NCBI GenBank assembly: GCA_012295275.1
Contig: CM022676.1
Span: 7,006,001 to 7,070,000, forward strand
Length of the DNA: 64,000 nt
Direction of reading: 5' to 3'
Origin: Chrysomallon squamiferum
Lineage: Eukaryota; Animalia; Mollusca
Numbering within the stretch: the first letter of the stretch is position 1; every line of letters starts with the position of its first letter. Below are positions 13,476-27,090 of this stretch, piece after piece. The position numbers and the translations under genes are program-made. The notes under the pieces were generated by a model. It was not told where the DNA came from and ran no database searches. It saw only the letters and a program-made list of their open reading frames with translations.

Positions 13476-13745
13476 CAGTCTTAGGTGGGACAGAGCATGA
13501 ATTTATTCTTAACTCAATTTGTCTCTGTGTCTAAATGTCTATTTATTTATCTGTTTGTGTATTTGTCTTTCTGTGTGTTTATAAATGTTTCTATCTGTAT
13601 TCATGTTGTTGTTGTTGTTTTGTTGTTGTTATTAACGGATTTTTTTTTTTTTTTTAACTAGCTCTATTTTTCTCTCTGTATGTTTTGTGTGTATTTGTGT
13701 TGTTTTAAAAAGGCATTTTATAAAAAAAAAATAATGACTAATAAT

Positions 13746-13795
<50 letters not shown>

Positions 13796-14399
13796 CGTTT
13801 CTCATCGAATTGCTATTGCTTTGGTACCCACGTATTATATTTATAACTGTTATTAATAATAATTATCATGAAGCCTAGAAGAGTATTTATTGATCTGATT
13901 GAATTTGTCTTTCAAGTTATCCAAGTCTGTAAGCACTGTTTCATCTTGGGGATTTTCGTTCATATCTTCAAGCAGGAGAAAAAGCCATTTCGATCCACTT
14001 CTCGTCTGCCATAATGAGGCTCAAACTGATACAGAAATATACTCTCTACGCATTCATTTTTCTTCTTTTTCATCTGAACATAATTAAAGACAAATAATGT
14101 TCAACACGTCGAAACTAGCGTCCATTAAAAAAGGAGCCATTTTCACAAGAATTTTTAATATAAAATTACACACACACAGACGTACACATTAGTAAAATGA
14201 ACCAAGTTATTAATTGATATTAAGGAAGCAACATAATCATAAATTTATTAAAATTTCAGTAATGATTATGAATTAGATTATTTATTACTGATTAAAATTT
14301 GTATTTATATCATTTTATATTATTATTGTGTATAACTATTCACGGTATGTAACTTGTCTAAGGGACAGCACTCTAGTTCAATTTTCTTTTCGTGCAAAC

Positions 14400-15192
14400 A
14401 TGGTTGACGAAGCAACTAAAAGGACTCTCGCGCAAATTCCGTTGCTAAAAACTAAAGCTGGTCCAAGAGATGGTGAACAGTGGATACAGAGACTGAAAGA
14501 AGAATATCAGTCACTGATAAAGGTCATATCGTTTAGATGGGTATTTTAAGTGAGGTGTTTTTCTCTTAATATATATTGGGCGTTCGACAAACATATGTCT
14601 CGTCTGCTTTTGCTGTCATTCAGGGGCAGATAACCATGTATTTGTTTTTACGTTTTCATTCTTGCCATTGCATTACATTCGACAGGTATATTATTTTTTT
14701 TTAATGTTTATTTCAAATATTAATTTTGTTGATTTTAATTATTATTATTATTTTTATTTTTATCCATTTTGTAGGATTTGTTAATTTAATCAACATACAG
14801 TTAATTAAATAAATGTGTTTCATTACGTCATAACGTTAACGAAAAACTCATACGCTCTTGTTAACATTGGCTGGGATTGCTAGCAACTGCAAAATGTGAA
14901 TATTAAGTAATTACGGTTGATATTTCATTTACAAACTCGATATAAGGAATATATAAAGTATATGAACAGTAAATTTTTGAAAAGTAGTTTTAAAACAAAT
15001 TTTTATTTAAAAATTTTATTATTTTCAATTTATTTATTTATTTTTTGTTCACACCTTTGACAACATTTTCTCACTCCACATTTCTAAAGAGAGGCAGATG
15101 TCTTACAGGATATCTGTTGTGACAATTCAAATAGTGTGCTCTGTTGTGAATAAAAATCATTTAACTTAATCATCAAGTACTTTCATTTTATT

Positions 15193-15248
<56 letters not shown>

Positions 15249-16687
15249 TATTTATTTTATTTATTGTATTTTTATTATTGTATTTTTATGTTACAGTATG
15301 TTCAAAATAACAAAGATGCAGATAATGATTGGTTTAGACTTGAATCAAACAAGGAAGGCACACGATGGTTTGGAAAGTGTTGGTATATCCATGAGCTGTT
15401 AAAATATGAATTTGATGTTGAATTCGATGTGAGTTGTTAAAAAGATCTATAGATATTTTTCAAATCACAAGTAATAAAGTAAATTAATTTAAATTAATCC
15501 TTTTATTTTATGTGGTTGATCTTGTTAGTTTTGCAGTTGTATTTATTATATTTATTAGTAATCTCTTGATAGTAAGTGATGTTCATTGGTTACTTTTAAT
15601 TATTTATTTATTATTACTTTTATTATTATTATTTTTTTTTTTTTCATTTTTATTTTATATATAGATTCCTGTTACATACCCAACAACAGCTCCAGAAATT
15701 GCTCTGCCAGAATTAGATGGAAAAACTGCCAAAATGTACAGGTCTGTTTTCTGAATGTGTTGTGTTTGTTTTAGTTATTGTAGTTTTTATAAAAAAAGTT
15801 ATTTAACTGTCAGTTTGGTAAAGATAGTCATTTTATTAGAAGTTAATTATTTTTTGTTTGTTCATTCCTTTTTTTTTGTTCAGACAGATATACTTGTTCA
15901 AGATAACAGAAAAAATTAATATATTTTATAGACACACACAGTCATACATACTCATACATAGACAGAGACAGTAATCATTTTGTTGTATTTTAGAGGTGGA
16001 AAAATTTGTCTGACAGACCATTTCAAACCACTGTGGGCTCGCAATGTCCCAAAATTTGGAATTGCTCATGCAATGTCGTTAGGGGTAAGATTTTTTTTTT
16101 TCATTAAAAATAAATTTTTTCTAGAAAGAAGTATGAAAATGCACATCCAAATATATAATAAAAGATTTGTCATTTAATGAAATTATTTACGGTTACGATT
16201 TGGATTTTGCTATATTAACATCCATTCTAAATTATAAGAAAATAAGACTTCTTAACCAGAAATAAATTGTATTGTTTGTTATTTGAAATGATATTGACTA
16301 TAAAGACTTTGTTAAGAATTAATGATTTGGATGACTAAATTGTTAATGTAAATGAAAATTAATATGGAGTACCTGCCTATGACAATTTTTTTATCAATCA
16401 GTGAATATATGATAAAACTAAATTTCCAGTAACAGATGCACATGACTTTTAATTTTTTTTTTTTTTTTTATAATTTTGTTCAGGTTTTATTTGGTTCAAA
16501 AGTGAACAATCAGCTTAACTTTTTAAATCTTCTCAAAAGAAATTACATATATACAGAATAATATAAATTTTTCAAATTGTTTTTATAATTTCAGCTGGGA
16601 CCATGGCTTGCTGTAGAAATACCAGATTTAATACAGAAAGGTGCAATATCACATAAAGATGATAAAAGTGCTGCAGGCGGGAAATGA
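14400..16687 (+). CDS. UFC1: Ubiquitin-fold modifier-conjugating enzyme 1 (UFM1 E2), 171 aa
   Basis: Exons 14400-14522, 15297-15428, 15665-15741, 15994-16084, 16595-16687. Translation: [133 protein letters not shown], with the catalytic Cys in GGKICL. Confidence 0.98.
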
Positions 16688-18402
16688 TGAAAGCTTCTCT
16701 AGTCTTTGTTATTTTACTTAATGTGAAATTCTGTTTTATATATATGGAAAATGTATATTAATAAATCTGGTAAAAAAAAAAATTTCTGTAATATCGTTCA
16801 TGACATTATCTATTATGAAGTTTACCAAAAACAATTGTTTTTCATAAATATGTCATGAAAAAATGCTTACTAAGAAAAACAGCATTTCTTCTGAATGAAG
16901 ATTGATTTTATTTTGAAAAAATACTTAAAAACCCTAGAATTTCTGATACAAATTATTTAAAAAGTTTAAATTTTTCTTTAGTTTGTACAAACATATGAGT
17001 GAAAGTCAGCTGGGACCAATGCTGCTTTTTTTTTTTTTTTTTGCTTGGTATTACACCAAATGTAAACACAAAACCTATCATAAAAAAAGAAAAAAAGAAA
17101 ACAATAAAAAAGTAAATCCTACATAAACTTTTAAATTTCATTATTTTTTATATTTTTTTCTTATTAACTTTTGAAAAAAGATGAACAGAATCTGTAAAGA
17201 AAAAATACATGAAGTGAATTTATAACTAATGACATTTATGATATTTGTCAGACATTCTGGATGAATTATTGAAACTTTCATATCTAAAATCCGGCCAAAA
17301 TAAAATTTATATTATTAACAACACTGACCATTATTATTACCTTATTTTTACCTTATTTTTAATTATTAACATTTTTAAAATTTCCATTCTTTCTTTAATA
17401 GAAATGGAGCACACTTTTTATTTGTGATTTTTATTTTAGCATGACAGACCTTAAGTTAAACTACTAATCATCAAGATATTGTAATTAAAATTTTACATTA
17501 TGTCCATTTAAAATCAATTTTGCCTGATAATTTTTATAATGATCTTGAATAATGAACAACTCGGTGCTTTTCAAATCCATCTCTTTGAACAGTGGTGGTA
17601 TTAAAATTGCCATCCAATATCTGAAAAATGACTAACAGAAGTCATAATACATTGAAAGAAAATTACAAGTTTATGTCTCATTACTGTTTACTTTGTATTG
17701 CATTGTATTTTAAGCTTGTAGCAGGTTGAGATTTTCCATTCAATATTATAAGAAAAAAATGTGTAGTTTAAATAAGTTGCTGATTCTTACTATGAAAGCA
17801 TTAATTCTGATTACATGACTTACCAGTTCCTCTGTTGAGTGCTTTTTATTTTAAGTTTGTAAAACACTTCTAATGGCCATAGCTCAGGTTGTTCATTTCA
17901 GTGGATGTCTAATACAATGTTTTAAGGTATCCTACTTAGATAATTTTTTAGTTCCACACTTTATCTACATGAAAATGAATTTTCCAATTCACAGGTTTGA
18001 AAATAAAATTATACAGGCTTGAAAATAAAATTTCTAATACTTAGTTTGTTGATAGTTTAAATAAAAACCAATAGGAATAAAAATTAAAGGAACTGCGGTC
18101 AAAAAACATAAAATAGTTTATCAATTTATTTGAATCAAAGTTTGAAAATATCCATTTTTTGTCCGTAACTAAGGTTTTTTATTACCAAAACTGTCATGTT
18201 AATGATCAGAATATGCTTCTTTAATAATTGACAGAATGTTTTTACTTTTGAACTTATTTTTTATTTTTGATCTATTTATTTATTTATTTGTTTATATATT
18301 TTATATTAAGTACATTAGTATAAACAGAATATTCTAGTTCCCACTGAGCTTGAGATCTGCCTATTTTGGGATTATTCTTCTTCAGTGTAACTGCCATTGT
18401 GT

Positions 18403-18766
18403 TATTTTCAGGTTGGCCTACTGCATCATGAATGGGTTATCAGTGTCTGTAATATTTTTTGTGCTGTATTAAAAACTTTCTCTGTTGAATTAGGTGACGC
18501 TATAGACTGGATCTTCCACATCTTTTTTCTGCTTGTGTTATTTGTTAAATAATTAATAGTTATAATACCAGAACATATTTTATTATTAATAATTTTAGTG
18601 ATCGTTATAAAGGCTACAACTGTTTGATTTATTGACGAGCTTTGGCAGGTTGGAGGATTATTTATCTTGAATGTTTCATTTGGGCCATTCCCTCAATAAG
18701 TCATTCTCCAAAAATATTACAGACATTGATAACCCATTCATGGTGCATGACATTAACCAGAAAATA
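18403..18766 (+). repeat. Inverted repeat with 38-bp core arms (18422-18459 and 18710-18747) and a spacer of about 250 nt
   Basis: TGCATCATGAATGGGTTATCAGTGTCTGTAATATTTTT versus the reverse complement of AAAAATATTACAGACATTGATAACCCATTCATGGTGCA: 36/38 identical. An outer 12-bp arm pair (18403-18414 / 18755-18766) has one mismatch. Confidence 0.9.
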
Positions 18767-19075
18767 CCATAGAGGGAGTTTTATATAATTATATGAAAAT
18801 TCATTTTCTGTATCTTTGCAAATTTAGATTTTCTTCTGATTTAAAACAGTTGTCCTGAAAGTTGTAAACAGGTCTGGTATTATTATTTTCTTGGTCTCTC
18901 AGTGATATCCTTTGGTTAAAAATTAAAACTTTTTAAACTAATTATAATGATGAAAAGTTGTAAGTAAACAATCTAATGGATTATCAGTTTATTTATATAT
19001 TACAGTAGCAGTTGCATTTTATAAAATAATCATGTATTACTTCTAAGTGTCTTAAAAAAAGATTTGAAAATGTTT

Positions 19076-19115
<40 letters not shown>

Positions 19116-20031
19116 TTAATGTTTTCTGTTTGTTTGGGTTTTTTTTTTTTGTGGTTTTAGTGTTTTTGAGGTAATTTTTTCTCTTTGAAATATAATTCTT
19201 GTATATAAATATGAAAACACCATAATGAATTGCATTTTATTAGGTGTGAAATTCAAACCAAACAAAAACTAATTTGAATTCATTTCAAAGTCATAAGGTA
19301 CTCATTTTAAGGTTTTGTCTAATGTCTAATGTCTAATGTCTAATGTCCACTGGCTCAAATGTTTTTTTTTCCCCATAATGTAGCTATAGCTGATAGCTAA
19401 GCCTAAATGTCAAAGAACCCTCTGTACTCTAGCCATTTATTTATTTTATTTTTGTAAATGTGACATGCCCAGAGAGTTGCGGTGCCTTGACAACCTGCAT
19501 TCATGTTTATTATTCATTTGAATAATAACAATTTGTAAATTCTGTAAAATATATCAGTTCTGTGTTCTTTTTATAGTCTTAATTTAGACTATGATGTATA
19601 AAGGCACCTTCATACCATTCAGATTCACAACCAACCTATGAATGTCTACTGGACTAACAGGCCTTTTGCTGTTTGTAAAATAAATGAAAGATTTTTAAGT
19701 TAATGGTGTTTCTTTGCTCTTATAAGATCTGAACTGGTCAGTACGTAATATATGAATGTATGTGTTTGCATGCATTTACTTCAGCTGGAAGATGTCTGAT
19801 GTAATCCCTTCACTTTTGGTCAAGGTTTGTGCTTGAATGCATGAGGCATCATTATTTATTTGTGGAGGACTTCAAAAATCTGTTTTTGTAATATCAGTTA
19901 GTTACATTTCAGAGTTATAGGATTTCTAGAGATTTATTTTCCATAATTCATTCTTTTTATTTATTATTTATATTTATTTTTTTTTTTTTTTTTTCCTTCA
20001 TTTTAACTCAAGTCTGTAATATAAAAGAAAA

Positions 20032-20140
20032 CATTTCATATTTTGTAATTATTGATTCAACACAGAAGAAATCATTTCATATTTTGTAATTACTGATTCA
20101 ACACAGAAGAAATCATTTCATATTTTGTAATTACTGATTC
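20032..20140. repeat. 41-bp tandem repeat, about 2.7 copies
   Basis: Unit CATTTCATATTTTGTAATTACTGATTCAACACAGAAGAAAT, near-identical copies. Confidence 0.95.
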
Positions 20141-20959
20141 ACTTGTTGATCCTGTATTTTGGATAATAATAATATTTTTGTAGTTATATGGTATACCTTA
20201 ATACTAAATATCTGCTTACATTTACACATTTCATCTCATGTTTAGAAAGTTTTAATTTTTAAATTTTTTATTTTAAGAGTTTTTGAAGTGGCGCATGTCC
20301 ACTTCAGACCTTTTAACAGACCAACCAATAATAATAATAATAAAATTTAATTATGTACACAATTAATCTGTATTGATTTTAATATACAGACTAAAGGTAT
20401 GAGGACAATGTAAATTAAAAAGATTGAGGTGCTGTTTAATATTAATAATTCTTATTTTTAAAAGTATTATTTTCTTTCTTTCGGAGCTGGATCCTAACTT
20501 GACTGTTATAGAGATTTATTATATACATGAAACATGAATTCATTTGCTGTAGTTTTTTATTTGTTATTGCAAAGGTGACTTTTAACAGAAGCCAGAAAAT
20601 ATTCAGCTGTAAGGTTTTAAAACATTTCTTTCTGTCTCTGGGAAATTATTAACTGTTCAGAAATCTGAACTCAGTTAATAACATGTGAGCAAATATGATT
20701 GTTATAAACAGTAACCACATTGAGTTCTGAAAGAAAATAACCCAACAATATTTTTGTACTATCATAAATTGACAAGTGTTGAATGAAACCACCCCAAAAT
20801 CTAAAATATGTCTTAGTATATCTGGTGCAGTTTTTAAAATTTATTATTTGTTTTGTTGTGTTTTTTAAATGACTAAAAGCAGAAAGTGATTTCAGAGTTA
20901 TGCATGTTCTTAAAAATGCTTAATCACTTAAATTATAATTTTATTATATATTTTTCTTT

Positions 20960-21030
20960 ACTATTATCCTGCTGACGAGATTATACATATAAAAAATATC
21001 TTGCTGCTAATCAAAAAAAAGAGTCCCCTA
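20960..21030 (+). mobile_element. Short degraded fragment of the same SINE-like repeat seen at 32108-32343
   Basis: TATCCTG..TACATATAAAAAATATCTTGCTGCTAAT..AAGAGTCCCC aligns by eye with TATCCTGTCTGTGGGGTGGTGTATATGTTATATTCCTTGCTGCTAATGACGAAGAGTAGCCC at about 32170-32230. Confidence 0.55.
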
Positions 21031-22694
21031 CAAAATGGACGCAATACATTATCTATCTCATTATCCTGTATTCTTTAGTTATATTTAAACCACACAATTT
21101 ATAGATATATGTCTCAAGTCTGTTTTAAAATGAAATGGCACTCTGCAAAATTAATGTTCTCTTAGTAACTGAGTATTTGTGCCCAAAGAACATTTGTAAA
21201 TACTTTACTCACCACAAACAACAATTTATTAGTAAAATGTCCTAAATAGGTGAGCTGATTAAACTGTTATCAGCAGTTCATTTTGTTTTTGCCCATTTTA
21301 ACAGTTTTCATTGTTTGGGTTTTTTTTTTTCAATGAAGAATTTGTACAGCTCTTCATGTTGTATGGCTCTTTCTGTAATCTCACTTAAAACAATGTCCAT
21401 GCTTTATTTTTCAAATATCTTATTACAAAGTCATAGTAGTCCATGGAACAATTGTAGTTATACTTTTTATTTATTTTTTTAATTATTTTTTTAAATAGAT
21501 TTCTAAGGTAAATTTTATAAATCTTGCACTCATTAAATGATTTCTTGTGTCTTCCATCATATTTTGTATTCTACAATATGGAATATTATTCAGAAATTTT
21601 TAAAGAAAATTATAAGAGTGCCATATTATGATGGATGCAATTGTAAAAAATATTATTTTAATTTATATATATAAATATTAATAGCTAGTTAACAAGAAAT
21701 GTAAAGTTCTCTTCATTTCAAAACAAACAATTTGGAAATTTGATTATTTAATTTTTATTTGTAATTAAAGTAAAATGTTGTAGAATGTTAAACTTCTGTA
21801 TTGATGCACTATTACAAGGAATTTAAATGTAATCATTTCTTTAGAAAATGCTGCTTCTTTTCATAGATTATGTTTCTTGTTTTGTATTTAATAAATTTTT
21901 GTTTTTATCTTAGGTTTAAATAAATTAAAATTACTATATACAGGTTGATACTGCTTTGTGTTTTCTTTCATTTGTTTAAGATACCATAAATGACAAGTAA
22001 ATAAATGATGGCTCATTGAAATATTTTCTATCCAGTTACTGTGGATTTGTTTTTGCAAATTGACATGGATTCAAGAACATTCTGGATATCTTTAAATTTG
22101 GTTTACCATAAGTTCTTGCTGGGGCTTTAAAATAGGAAAATGCCGTGATCGTATATAGAAACGTGATAACATTTCTTTTTTCTTTTCTTTTTTTTTTTTG
22201 TACGCACGCACATACTCACAGACACAACAGCAAAAGAAAAATAATAATAAATTAAAATAAATAAAATATAATAAAATAAAATAAAATAACCAAGATTTAC
22301 TAATGTTAACGCAGTACAAATGCTTGATATAATCGTTTAGAATATTAAAACGAGATTCACATCTAATTGTGCCCAAATCGCATTTTTGTTAATTCGGTTC
22401 CGTTTTTCAGTTTGCATTCGCAATTCGACTAGCTTTTGCTCGATGGTATTAATGTAGAAATACTTGCGTTGACGACAAAAATTCAATACCAAAATGCACT
22501 ATTTGTACTTTTATGATAATGGCTAATCTTAGAAATACTACATAATTATAAAAATGGCATTTGAATGACAGATATAATTAAAGTTTCTGCACAGCGACGT
22601 ATGTACAAATAAAGTAGCTTTGTCGGATGTTTTCGTCTGCAAGCGATCTGTCATAATCGCACATGTCAACGTCAGCACAGATAACGTAGAAAAT

Positions 22695-23782
22695 ATGGCA
22701 TTTGTAGAGTTTTATCTAACATGTGTTCCCGACAGTATTCTTATTAAAACAAGGCTATCCATATTCCCAGAAAATAACGAGAAATACGTAAGCAATTTAA
22801 ATTATTAATTTCATAAATTATTGATGATATAATTATATTGATATAGTTTTTATGGTTTGGGTATAAGTTTTGACAGTTCTGTTTCATGTTATTATACTTC
22901 TGCAATTGACATAAGTCAGTAGTTAAAATTAGTTTTGTTGTTTTTAAAAAAAAAAAAAATCTCCATGTAACAACTTTTTATTTATTTGTTAATTTATTTA
23001 TTTATTTATTTTATAATAATTCAATAAAATAAATAAATTATATTTAAGTAGTTAAACATACAGTTAAAACATAATATTAAACATACATTTCCAATTTCAG
23101 GAAATCTATGATGAAACAAACCAAGATACAACCCATTTGGATACTTCAGAAAATAAATTCTTGGATTTTCCTTTCTTAAAACACCCGACTACTATCAAAT
23201 ATATCAAAAGATCAAAAACCATGTTTATAATGCGAGGTCTACCTGGATCTGGAAAATCCACCATTGTCAAGAAAATCCAATCCACTTATCCAAATACTGG
23301 CATCTCATCTGCAGATAATTATTTTTATAAAGATGGCATCTACAGATTTGACATTAACAAACTTGGAGAAGCACATGATGACTGCAGACAAAGGACAGGA
23401 CAGTACTGTGATAAAAAATGTCATGTTGTTGTTATTGACAACACTAATGTGAAATATTGGGAGATGAAGGCTTATCTAGATATTGCATTCTCAACCAGTT
23501 ATGTTGTTGTGATTGTGGAACCAAGAACTCCATGGAGATTCAATCCAGATGAACTGGCCACAAAAACCAAACATGGAGTAAGCAAAGAACTTTTGTACAG
23601 AAAGGTTCAGATATACCAGAATGTTGTGCCAAGTTACTACGCTTGGTTTCTCAATGAAGATGACTCAAAGTATCTTTTAAAGATAGCCAGAAAGCTTGTT
23701 GAAGAATGCTTAGAAAAAATTCCCGAACTGAAAGAGTATCTTTTGTTTAATTGGAGAAATATACATTTTGATAACAAAGGTA

Positions 23783-23818
<36 letters not shown>

Positions 23819-25084
23819 CATACATACATTTATTCATGATCAGTTTGAAATCTTAATTTAAGCCTACAATGACACAAACTAAATTTTAGCATTCTGAATA
23901 CATTTTGTATATTTTTGAGAGAAATTCTTTCTTTCTGCAAAAATTAATGACCTAAAATGTTCTAAAACAATAAGATAATTTAAAAAAAAAACATGTCAAT
24001 TAAATTTCCATTTATTTTGTTTTAATAAATGTATTTATTAACTTTATCTCTATTGTACATTCACCAACTTGATTTTATTGCATATTTCTTTAGAGTAAAT
24101 AAATATTTAGTATTTTTATTAAGAATATAATTTGCATACATACATACATACATACACACACAAATAGAGCTAATACACTAACAAAAATTACAGTGTATAT
24201 AATAATTTGACAATTTATTTAAACTCTTTAAAATATTACAAATATTTTTTCTTTTAATTTTACCAGTAGCACTCTCCACAAGATTAGCAGGAATTTTTCA
24301 AAGAGAAGACAGCAATGACATTTTGCACTGTACATCCAAATTTCTTGCACATGGAAAGGTTCCAGGAGCCATGGAATATCATTACAGAACGGATATCCAA
24401 AATAACTGTGGGAAGGTTTTTTCTTTATCTGTTACTAGTATTACTATAACTGACAAAACTCTGGGTGCCCGGGTAAAACTATCTGAAAAACAGCTGCAGC
24501 TCTTCGACAAACCAGAAGAAAGGGAAAATGATAGCTTAAAAGAAAATAACAATTTATTCCAAAATGTAACAAACAGTAATGGTGATTACAAATATTCTGA
24601 GAGAAATTTGCAAAGAAAAGTGTCTGGAAGCCATTTCTTACCTAATGGAAAGACAGAATCCAAAAAATACTTCTGTAAATACAAAAGGGAGGGTATTTTC
24701 AAAAACTGTAGCCAAAATAAATTTATTGACTCGTATGTCACAAACATTTATGAAATTGTTCGTCCTAAACCACTTCATAACCGTTTACCTCTTATACCAG
24801 TTTTGGTTTTCAACGAAATCAAGAACTCGGTTCCATCTCCTGTGAAACCAGTTTCAGGATTTGGGAGATCTGCACACATCACCTTGGCAACAGCCCCAGG
24901 TGTTAAATCACGCCAAACCAATTTTGATATTTTAGACATTTGTGATATTGAAGCCATTAATCAGTGTGATAGGAAACCAGTACATGTTCAAGGAGGCAGA
25001 GCTGTTTATTTAGGTCACGGCATGTGCACTGTTTACTTTTATAAACCTCTCATCTTCAAGAGTTTATTTTCTGGATTCTACTGA
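22695..25084 (+). CDS. CNP: 2',3'-cyclic-nucleotide 3'-phosphodiesterase (CNPase)-like protein: N-terminal polynucleotide-kinase-like P-loop domain + 2H phosphoesterase domain, about 529 aa
   Basis: Exons 22695-22787, 23101-23779, 24267-25084 in phase. LDFPFL..KTMFIMRGLPGSGKST (Walker A), SADNYF, VVIDNTN, VEPRTPWR, VPSYYAWFL; 2H motifs LHCTSKF and RSAHITLA; KTLGARVKLSEKQLQLF; C-terminal FKSLFSGFY*. These are collinear with vertebrate CNP motifs as recalled. Exon 1 is less certain. Confidence 0.88.
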
Positions 25085-27059
25085 ATACTGTAAAATTAAT
25101 ATGAAATTTGTGATGCATTACAAAATATTTATTAATGCTAAATATAAAAATGCAGTTCATGAAAATTTATTTGCACCTTGGATGTACTAAAATTAAAATT
25201 AACATATTTCGTTTTACTTATTTATTTAATAAAAAAAAATAAAATAAAAAACCCAAAACAAATCCAAACAGCTTCTTGATTTTTGGAGGTTGTTAAAGAT
25301 ACAAAATCCTTAGCTCTCTAAATGTATGTTCCCAATATGTCACTACTACTGATTATGCAAAATTTTATAGTTGTTAATATTTTCCAATTAACAGTACATA
25401 CATGTGAAAATCTTATGACCATGCAGAACTTGGAAAATGATTTATCAGTTTTATTATTTATATTAAAATAAAGGATTTTTATTTGACTAAAAGCAGATGA
25501 TCTGGTTTTTGTTGTTTTGTTTTTTTGCATTTTTAAAATATATATTAGCAGATGTGTGTTTATGTTTGATTATTTATTTGTCCATTCTTTTATCATCTTG
25601 TTTTTGAGTGCAATTTAGTTTTCAATTGTTATTTTGTACAGATTCAATTCAGCTCAATTTTATAGTCCATCTCTTTATTTTAACCTTTTCTTACCATTAT
25701 TTTGTTGTTGTGTTGTTGCATAACTGTGGAATAAGTATAGTAATACAGGTTCAGAATCCTTTGTCCAAAATATAAGGAGATAGCATGAGAATAGGATCTA
25801 AATCTAAATAGGAATACCATTTATATTTCATAAACAGTTTATACAGATAGTCAGTAGGATTTTTATACAATATTTTAAATAACTGTATACAAAATATAAA
25901 GATTGTATATGCAAAACAATCTAAAAACTGTAAATTACCAATATTTTTGTTGTAAGGAAAAAGTTTTGTATTTTGCAATACCAGATAAAGATTCCTCAGT
26001 GTGTATGATCTGAGTGCAATTTACCAATTTTCAAGTAAAACAGGGGAGTGGAATTTATGTTTGTGAACATATCATGTAGGTATGCAAGTGTAGGTAAATA
26101 AAATCTCTCTATTATGCCTTATATTATTAATTTATTTACTTTTAATTATTCTTTTTGCTGTTATTATTGTTGTTTTTAAACTGTTTATTAAAGTGCCTTC
26201 CAGTTTACAAGTTATCTATTTCAAAATATACAAACAATGAATTTTATTAGTTTATTGTTTTTGGGTTGTTTTAGTTAATATATTATTGTTGTTGTTGTTG
26301 TTATAATTATTATTAATTATTATTAAATATTAACAATCATTTTATAAATAATAATAATAGTGTACATTAATAAACAAAAATATTCTAAATTTTGCATGAA
26401 ATGAATATACTTTTTATTGACATTTCTTAAAATAAAATAAATACAACCATTATTGTTCAATTTGTTATGTTTTGTTGAAAGAAATTATTTTATTTTATTT
26501 TATTTTATTTTAAGTTATTTTATTATTATTTTTTTTTTTCCTTTAAGATAAATATATACTGTGTCAGTAGGTATCAGGAATGGTTCTTGTTACTATACTT
26601 ACTGGCCCATTTCATGTTCCAGTTACTGCTCATAGAATCTAAGACCAGAAGCAAAGTCTTTGGATATGGCTTAATACAGTGATTAAACACAGAATACAAA
26701 TATTAGTAAATAATAATAAAAAATAAAAATATATTATGTGTTAACCTGGGGTATATAAATCTTCCTGAAAATAAATAATTGTATTAGTGGAATTAGGCCA
26801 TGTGCAAAAATAAGGTGATGGAATATCCTGAAACAGTTCTGATCATTCTCCAACCTGTTTTAAAAAAAGTAATATATATATAGATAAAAAACAAAAACCT
26901 GTGTTGTGTGTATGTGTCAGATGAATGTATATATATGATATAAATAACTTGTCCTGAAAAAAGATATTTAAGTAATTGCCTATTTACCCAAATTAGGCTG
27001 TTAAATTTCTTCATTTGTTCCTTATCCTTTTCTGAAAAAGCCATGTATATACATGCATA

Positions 27060-27090
<31 letters not shown>

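Noticed and set aside
16685-16690. TGA TGA at the end of UFC1 as possible selenocysteine or readthrough
   Set aside because: The protein is complete at the normal length and I saw no convincing SECIS element downstream.
17007-17019. 13-nt match (TCAGCTGGGACCA) to the UFC1 last-exon acceptor
   Set aside because: Too short, with no flanking similarity, to count as a junction duplication.
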